A stretch of 64,000 nucleotides of DNA from a virus (lineage: Duplodnaviria > Caudoviricetes), in the IMG/VR virus record IMGVR_UViG_3300037722_000240, positions 13,678 to 77,677 of that record; one strand, written 5' to 3'. A model generated the notes under the pieces. That model had not been told where the DNA came from. It searched no databases and saw only the letters and a list, made by a program, of their open reading frames with translations. The translations under genes and the position numbers were made by a program. Within the stretch, counting starts at the first letter, position 1. Every line of letters starts with the position of its first letter. Below, one piece after another: positions 59,153 through 64,000 of this stretch.

Positions 59153-59224
59153 TGTATGGTAGCACAACGGTAGTGCAACGCCCTGTTAAGGCGAGGGTTG
59201 TAGGTTCGAATCCTACCCATACAG
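59153..59224 (+). tRNA. tRNA-Asn(GTT)
   Basis: cloverleaf; loop CT GTT AA; TTCGAAT. Confidence 0.9.
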
Positions 59225-59301
59225 CCTACCGCCACCCGGTTTGTGCGGTATAAATATTGAATCGGGATAAAGTGAGCAGAGGCCGGCCTTTGCTAATACA
59301 C

Positions 59302-59372
59302 ACAAGAGACAGGTATGGACCGAACGCGTCTCCAAAACGTTGTTGCAGGGAGTTCGATTCTCTCCTCTTGTG
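59302..59372 (+). tRNA. tRNA-Trp(CCA), reduced D-arm
   Basis: acceptor ACAAGAG/CTCTTGT; CT CCA AA; T-arm intact. Confidence 0.7.
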
Positions 59373-59390
59373 CCTGAAAGGAGAAACACT

Positions 59391-59588
59391 ATGGAAAAGA
59401 TACTGTTGAATAAGGTAGTATTATTTTGTACAGTATGTAATACAGAATTTACTATTGATAGAGACGAAGCTATATGGTATGGAACCTCACAAGAATGTGA
59501 AATGTGTGGGGACCACGGACAAATTGAATTATATGCAACTTGTTCTAACTGTGATTTTTACTCTGTTATTAATGTATATTCTTGGTAA
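59391..59588 (+). CDS. small Cys-rich protein
   Basis: AAGGAG RBS; three CxxC. Confidence 0.7.
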   Translation: MEKILLNKVVLFCTVCNTEFTIDRDEAIWYGTSQECEMCGDHGQIELYATCSNCDFYSVINVYSW

Positions 59589-59618
59589 TAATTTTAGGGG
59601 ATAATATTCCCCTAACGT

Positions 59619-59692
59619 GTTGGGTGTAGCCAAGAGGTCTAAGGCACCTCACTGTGACTGAGGTATCGTGGGTTCGAATCCCATCACCCACC
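59619..59692 (+). tRNA. tRNA-His(GTG) with encoded G-1
   Basis: CCTCA-CT GTG AC-TGAGG; G-1 opposite C73. Confidence 0.9.
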
Positions 59693-59711
59693 CCTATTGG
59701 CAGTAAGTCAT

Positions 59712-59785
59712 TGACGGTTGGTGTAGCGGTAGCACACATAACTCTGAATTATGTGACTGAGGTTCGAATCCTTGACCGTCAACCA
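59712..59785 (+). tRNA. tRNA-Gln(CTG)
   Basis: TGACGGT/ACCGTCA; CT CTG AA; encoded CCA. Confidence 0.9.
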
Positions 59786-59798
59786 AAGGAGGACTAAA

Positions 59799-59969
59799 AT
59801 GGAAAGGATGATTATAAAATTTAAATCAGAAGTTCCAGTCAAGTGTAATGATACTATTTGTATAGTATGGGGTTTAGATTTAAAACCAAAAGCCGTCTAT
59901 GTAGAAAAAGGTGAAAAAAAGGAAATTCAAGAATTAGAATACGAAGTTATAGTTATATATGATAGCTAA
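59799..59969 (+). CDS. hypothetical protein
   Basis: AAGGAGG RBS. Confidence 0.55.
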   Translation: MERMIIKFKSEVPVKCNDTICIVWGLDLKPKAVYVEKGEKKEIQELEYEVIVIYDS

Positions 59970-59997
59970 CTTTCGGTCTGAAATAAAGGAGGTCAAA

Positions 59998-60183
59998 ATG
60001 AAAATTGAAGTTATTTTGACTTATAAAGATGGTGATGAGGATGCAGAAGAAATTATCAGCCTTTACAGAAAGCTTCGTGATGATGGTAGATTTTTAGAAT
60101 TGGCTAGTGGTGACGGAAAAGACGGTATTCATGGTCTAGATTACTGGTTGTGGTTTAAATTTATTAAGAAAGAAAATCTTTGA
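59998..60183 (+). CDS. hypothetical protein; stop codon is nt 1-3 of tRNA-Gln(TTG)
   Basis: AAGGAGG RBS. Confidence 0.6.
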   Translation: MKIEVILTYKDGDEDAEEIISLYRKLRDDGRFLELASGDGKDGIHGLDYWLWFKFIKKENL

Positions 60184-60253
60184 AGCGTAGTCTAAAGGTA
60201 GGACGCAAGGTTTTGGCCCTTGGTCAGTGTTGGTTCGACTCCAGCCGCTTCAA
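60181..60253 (+). tRNA. tRNA-Gln(TTG)
   Basis: TGAAGCG/CGCTTCA; CAAGG-TT TTG GC-CCTTG. Confidence 0.88.
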
Positions 60254-60259
60254 CCTTAT

Positions 60260-60335
60260 GGTCTATTAGGGGAGTTTGGTCGTCCCCGCTTCCCTGTCAA
60301 GGAAGAAATCGTCGGTTCAAATCCGATATAGACCG
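60260..60335 (+). tRNA. tRNA-Asp(GTC)
   Basis: GGTCTAT/ATAGACC; CT GTC AA; G73. Confidence 0.9.
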
Positions 60336-60379
60336 CCTTACATTTCTTAATATTTATCAAACCGTGAAAGGAAAGATAA

Positions 60380-60598
60380 ATGTCAACAAGAAAAGTAAAA
60401 ATAGCTTTTGAAATTGAAGTTCCATTTATTGAATATAGTAATGAAAAGATTAACAAAAAGGCAGAATCTTCTATTAAAAGATGGATAAAAGAAACATTAA
60501 GAAACGAACTTAGCTATATCCCCTTTTATGTAGAAGAATCAATTGATGGGTCACTGATAGAAGATTGTAGTAGAAAAACAAAAATTATTATGCACTGA
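60380..60598 (+). CDS. hypothetical protein
   Basis: 72 aa; AAGGA upstream. Confidence 0.6.
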   Translation: MSTRKVKIAFEIEVPFIEYSNEKINKKAESSIKRWIKETLRNELSYIPFYVEESIDGSLIEDCSRKTKIIMH

Positions 60599-60613
60599 TA
60601 ACTAGTGCATATT

Positions 60614-60689
60614 GCTCTTGTAGCCGAATTGGCATAGGCGGCGACCTCAAAAGTCGCGACATCTGGTGGTTCGAATCCACTCAGGAGCA
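60614..60689 (+). tRNA. tRNA-Leu(CAA), short variable region
   Basis: GCGAC-CT CAA AA-GTCGC; A73. Confidence 0.85.
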
Positions 60690-60696
60690 CCTAAAC

Positions 60697-60784
60697 GGTA
60701 AGTCAAGCCAACAGTTGGCGATGGCACCCGTCTTGAAAACGGGCGAGCGTAACAGCCTTAGTGGTTCGACCCCACTACTTACCG
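60697..60784 (+). tRNA. tRNA-Ser(TGA)
   Basis: GGTAAGT/ACTTACC; CT TGA AA; long variable arm; G73. Confidence 0.9.
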
Positions 60785-60789
60785 CCTAT

Positions 60790-61104
60790 GGGAGCGCAAG
60801 GGTTCGACAGGAGATTAGTAGTATAAAGTTGCAAGAAACTTTAAAATAAACGCAAAAGATTTTATTACATCTCTAGTTACCAAAATTACTGGAGCCTTCG
60901 CACCCGTTCCTCAGTTGGCGTTTGCGTAAGGTCAGTTAGACTGAAACTCACTCTTGACTCCGCTGGAGAGTTGTAGTATAATGCGGATAGCTTGTAAAAG
61001 GGTTTGTCACCTTTCCCTAACAAGGCGAAAATAAAAGGTGACTACTCTTGTAGACGCTTTATATGAAACTCTTTTGGACGCGGTTTCGATTACCGCCGCT
61101 TCCA
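60790..61104 (+). ncRNA. ssrA: tmRNA; tag reading frame 60852-60929 encodes AKDFITSLVTKITGAFAPVPQLAFA
   Basis: acceptor GGGAGCG/CGCTTCC with G3.U70 and A73; 5' TTCGAC; 3' GGACGCGG-TTCGATT; H2 pairing; ATAAAC-GCA resume context. Confidence 0.92.
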
Positions 61105-61122
61105 CCTTGAACGGAGGAGTTT

Positions 61123-61314
61123 ATGCAACTTTTTATGGTAAAGGAATATCTTGCGGGATATGTAACTATTTATTTGGTTATAGCGGAAAATGAATCCAGC
61201 GTTATTCATAAAATGAAGAAAACAAAATACTTCAATAAAAGCGCCAAGTATGAATTTTCTACTATTGATATGAATCAAGAAGTATTAAGGATAGTAGAAG
61301 TAGACGTATGGTAG
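61123..61314 (+). CDS. hypothetical protein
   Basis: GGAGGAG RBS. Confidence 0.65.
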   Translation: MQLFMVKEYLAGYVTIYLVIAENESSVIHKMKKTKYFNKSAKYEFSTIDMNQEVLRIVEVDVW

Positions 61315-61323
61315 GAGGTTATT

Positions 61324-61539
61324 ATGAGAGACGAAGCTAGAATTAAAAGAATAGTCAATATCCTATACAGAGTGTGGGAATTATATCCTGATTTAAGGAT
61401 AGGACAGCTTTTATCTATAGCCGCTACTTATGGGGATAAGAAGTTTAGTAAGGATGTATTTCCTATTGAAGATGATATTATGGAAAGCGGTCTAAAGATG
61501 ATGCTAAAGAAGTACTACGAGAATAAAACGTCTGCTTGA
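61324..61539 (+). CDS. hypothetical protein; last 10 nt lie inside tRNA-Cys
   Basis: AGGAGG RBS; MRDEARIKRI...W..YPDLRIGQL motif. Confidence 0.75.
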   Translation: MRDEARIKRIVNILYRVWELYPDLRIGQLLSIAATYGDKKFSKDVFPIEDDIMESGLKMMLKKYYENKTSA

Positions 61540-61601
61540 CCGAGAGGCAAGGTTAACACCTGCAAAGTGTTAGTACACTGGTTCGAATCCAGTAGCAGAC
61601 T
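61530..61601 (+). tRNA. tRNA-Cys(GCA)
   Basis: GTCTGCT/AGCAGAC; CT GCA AA; U73. Confidence 0.9.
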
Positions 61602-61603
61602 CC

Positions 61604-61967
61604 TTTAGCCTCGACTCTGCGCTATACAAAGGAAAAGAAATGTTACTAGAGTTTAAATGGGACATTGCGTATGACGATATAGGAATCGCTTTAGTTGTTG
61701 ATTACAACTGGAATTATCAGCGATTTGTACTTATGGCCCATTTTTTGTTTTGGGGATTAGACTTTAGAATTTACTTTGTATAGAGGAAAGTCGGCCCTAC
61801 GTTGCTTAAGGTAGGAGGCGAAAGCCAATTGCACTACCGAGGTAGCAATCCTAAATGTCTTAGCAGGTGAGCAATGCTATAATGGACTGGTTGGAGCCGC
61901 CGAAAGGCCAGCATATATGCTGAGAAAGATGCAGAGATAGAACAGAAGGCCGCTTATGGAGGTTAAA
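61604..61967 (+). ncRNA. rnpB: RNase P RNA with minimal S-domain and ORF-containing P3 insertion
   Basis: P1 TTTAGCCTC/GAGGTTAAA; P2 CTCTGC/GCAGAG; P3 CTATACAAAG/CTTTGTATAG; CR-I GAGGAAAGTC; P4 AAG(T)CGGCC/GGCCGCTT; CR-IV AGAAAGAT; CR-V ACAGAA....GCTTA. Confidence 0.88.
61640..61783 (+). CDS. 47-aa ORF nested in the P3 loop of the RNase P RNA
   Basis: AAGGA RBS; MLLEFKWDIAYDDIGIALVVDYNWNYQRFVLMAHFLFWGLDFRIYFV; TAG at 61781-61783. Confidence 0.55.
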   Translation: MLLEFKWDIAYDDIGIALVVDYNWNYQRFVLMAHFLFWGLDFRIYFV

Positions 61968-62156
61968 ATGGATAAGGTTAAATTTTTTAAGATAGAACAT
62001 AGGGACGGCGATGAATATATATTTTATTGTCCAAAATGTAGTAACAAAGTATCAACAGTTTCTTGGAAAAATATAGCAGAATGTTATAATTGTAATACTG
62101 CATACAAAGTACGGGTTGAGCATTTAATGTTTGTAGAACCCTTAGAAAAGGTTTAA
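61968..62156 (+). CDS. small Zn-ribbon protein
   Basis: CPKC...CYNC; its GGAGG RBS is the P1 3' strand of the RNase P RNA. Confidence 0.7.
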   Translation: MDKVKFFKIEHRDGDEYIFYCPKCSNKVSTVSWKNIAECYNCNTAYKVRVEHLMFVEPLEKV

Positions 62157-62158
62157 TA

Positions 62159-62791
62159 ATGCAACTAATAAGGACAATTTCATATAGTCAAGATGAGATA
62201 TTAGATGGTATAATTACTATACATTGTCCAAACGGTTTTGAGTGTGATATAACATATGGATATGGTGGCTTTTATAAGAAAATAAAAGAGCCAAGATATA
62301 AATTTGATATAGACCCAAAGAAGGAAGATGTAGTTCAAGCTAATTCAGAAAATATACCTTTACAATCCAATAGCGTAGATTCAGTAATGTTTGACCCACC
62401 TTTTGTTGTTGGCCCAAGCAAAAGTCCCGGTATCATGCGGGATAGATTTGGATGCTATAAGAATGTTTCAGAGTTGTGGGACTTCTACAACAAAACCGTG
62501 GTTGAAGCACAACGTATCCTTAGACCCAATGGTATAATGGTATTCAAATGTCAAGACACTGTTTCGGGTGGCGTAAATTGGTTTTCTCATGTTGCTATTT
62601 CAAACATGGCTGTAAAGGCTGGAATGTACCCCAAAGATTTATTTCTACTACTAGCTAAACAGCGGGTAAATAGCCCTAACATGATTAATCAGCAACACGC
62701 TAGAAAATACCATTCTTATTTTTGGGTGATTGAAAATAGGGAGAGTAGAGTAAATTATGAGTCATACTTGGAAGGACACAAAGCAGTTTAA
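62159..62791 (+). CDS. DNA adenine methyltransferase-like protein
   Basis: DITYGYGGF (motif I) and VMFDPPF (motif IV). Confidence 0.8.
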   Translation: MQLIRTISYSQDEILDGIITIHCPNGFECDITYGYGGFYKKIKEPRYKFDIDPKKEDVVQANSENIPLQSNSVDSVMFDPPFVVGPSKSPGIMRDRFGCYKNVSELWDFYNKTVVEAQRILRPNGIMVFKCQDTVSGGVNWFSHVAISNMAVKAGMYPKDLFLLLAKQRVNSPNMINQQHARKYHSYFWVIENRESRVNYESYLEGHKAV

Positions 62792-62984
62792 AGAAGAGTA
62801 TGATAAAATATATGGCTTCACTAGTACATGGCCTAGCTCTGGTAAGTGGTATAAAAAAGAGTTGCATAAGGCTAGACGACAGGTAGACAAACAGATTATA
62901 GAATTTGAATTGGAAGAAATTGATAGAGTTAGAGACGGAAAATTCTGTAACATTAGTAGAGAAGTTAATTGGAGAGGATGGTAA
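62757..62984 (+). CDS. basic hypothetical protein
   Basis: MSHTWKD...KKELHKARR pattern; GGAG upstream. Confidence 0.6.
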   Translation: MSHTWKDTKQFKEEYDKIYGFTSTWPSSGKWYKKELHKARRQVDKQIIEFELEEIDRVRDGKFCNISREVNWRGW

Positions 62985-63022
62985 TTGAAGTTAGCAAACG
63001 GAACGGTGGCAGAGAGGCTTAT

Positions 63023-63373
63023 ATGAAATTATGTGGCAGATGCGGACAAGTAAAACAAATAGATGAATTTCATAAGAATGGAACTAAGTTAGACGGAAGG
63101 CAGGCCTACTGTCGAAAATGTAATGCTGAGAATGTGAATGAAAAGCGTCTTAGAAACAGACAATGGATTAATGAATATCTATCTAATAATTCATGCATTG
63201 ATTGTGGATTTTCTGTTGTCTGTGCTTTAGATTTCGACCATGTGCGGGGAGAAAAGAAATTTACAATTGCCAGAATGAAAGAGACTAGCTATTCAATTGC
63301 ACGATTGCAGGAAGAAATAGATAAATGCGAAGTCAGATGCGCTAATTGTCACCGCATTAGACATTATGGATAG
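63023..63373 (+). CDS. HNH endonuclease
   Basis: CGRC..K...FH...CRKC N-terminus; LDFDH...CANCHRIRH. Confidence 0.85.
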   Translation: MKLCGRCGQVKQIDEFHKNGTKLDGRQAYCRKCNAENVNEKRLRNRQWINEYLSNNSCIDCGFSVVCALDFDHVRGEKKFTIARMKETSYSIARLQEEIDKCEVRCANCHRIRHYG

Positions 63374-63454
63374 GCTGACCACATTGGCGCGTGGTGGTCG
63401 CCTGCTAAGCGATTGCACCTCGTGGTGTTGGGCGTTCGAATCGCCCCCTATCCG
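63368..63454 (+). tRNA. tRNA-Ser(GCT)
   Basis: GGATAGG/CCTATCC; CT GCT AA; long variable arm; G73. Confidence 0.88.
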
Positions 63455-63665
63455 CCTCATAGCTAATGGCGTACTCGACTATAGAAGGGCACCTGTTCGA
63501 GTTAATCGTCCAATCAGGACCCTCACCAGTGTTCCTCACGCTGGTTTATCAAGAGTGAGGTCATGGGTTCCCATCGTGGATTAAATAGGCCTAGCCCATG
63601 TTGGCGAGTTTTGGCGTCGAGCAAGCCGAGTTCTCCCATGAAGAAAACTCAACTATTGCTCTTTT

Positions 63666-63737
63666 GCGGGCTTGGCGTAGTTGGTAACGTACCAGCCTTC
63701 CAAGCTGAGGTCACGGGTTCGAGTCCCGTAGCCCGCT
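63666..63737 (+). tRNA. tRNA-Gly(TCC)
   Basis: GCGGGCT/AGCCCGC; CT TCC AA; U73. Confidence 0.92.
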
Positions 63738-63807
63738 CCTTCTCTGGTGACGATGCCGGAGACTAAACTGAACATTCGTCGGGTCTGGTCCACCATACGG
63801 ACCATAT

Positions 63808-63883
63808 GCAGTCATAGCACAGTTGGTAGTGCGCTTGCTTGCCAAGCAAGAGGTCGCGAGTTCGAGACTCGCTGACTGCTCCA
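63808..63883 (+). tRNA. tRNA-Gly(GCC)
   Basis: GCAGTCA/TGACTGC; TT GCC AA; U73; encoded CCA. Confidence 0.92.
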
Positions 63884-63921
63884 AGCAGTTCCGGCCATCT
63901 GCTTTAACAAAATGGTCCCTT

Positions 63922-63996
63922 GCCGATGTAGCTCTTAACGGCTAGAGCAACCGCCTTGTAAGCGGAGGGTTGTGGGTTCGAATCCCACCTTCGGCC
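63922..63996 (+). tRNA. tRNA-Thr(TGT)
   Basis: GCCGATG/CTTCGGC; CT TGT AA; TTCGAAT. Confidence 0.85.
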
Positions 63997-64000
63997 CCTA

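Noticed and set aside
59227-59300. Pistol ribozyme
   Set aside because: Hairpin-loop pseudoknot and UAAAUA linker resemble it, but the GCG triad and the G-U cleavage step are missing; kept only as a generic structured RNA
60220-63766. ORF-track entries 60220..60411, 60256..60456, 63366..63584 and 63563..63766
   Set aside because: They overlap clear tRNA genes or structured spacers and lack an RBS
63738-63807. Theta/HDV-like ribozyme after tRNA-Gly(TCC)
   Set aside because: Hairpins exist, but I could not build P3/P1.1 or place the catalytic C, and P2 would overlap the next tRNA
1-64000. Alternative genetic code (stop reassignment)
   Set aside because: Long genes are intact in the standard code, all three stops are used, and no suppressor tRNA is present
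1-64000. Prophage with integrase and att sites
   Set aside because: No integrase, repressor cassette or host genes in the window; lifestyle cannot be decided from this segment

Overview
The window is a 64-kb segment of a large, AT-rich, long-tailed (siphovirus-like) bacteriophage genome. No integrase or host genes are visible. Layout from left to right: (1) 1-7100 (+), small early or accessory ORFs, including a pyrimidine-dimer glycosylase, an isolated tRNA-Ile2(CAU) set in about 0.8 kb of densely base-paired non-coding sequence, and a terminator. (2) 7125-9200, a non-coding GGTACC repeat array followed by a two-gene GC-rich island flanked by inverted repeats. (3) 9595-45345 (-), the late module: holin-like gene, GH25 endolysin, tail fibre and baseplate genes with a GC-rich two-lipoprotein insert, tape measure, frameshifted tail chaperone, tail tube, neck, capsid, protease/scaffold, portal and terminase. 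Six glycan-modifying genes and a DNA methyltransferase lie inside this module. (4) 45554-59001 (+), the replication module: PolA, RecA, SSB, DnaB, resolvase, two exonucleases and a dNMP kinase. (5) 59052-64000 (+), an RNA-gene cluster with 13 tRNAs, a tmRNA and an RNase P RNA. The most striking observation is the phage RNase P RNA. It has an intact catalytic core, a shrunken specificity domain, and a complete 47-codon ORF nested in its P3 loop. In the same cluster, 12 of 14 tRNA-like RNAs end in CC-T rather than CCA, and three ORFs have their stop codons inside the following tRNA. A Chloroflexota (Anaerolineae-like) host is a weak inference from the Pro/Thr-linker lipoproteins. All protein assignments come from motif recognition by eye, not from database searches.
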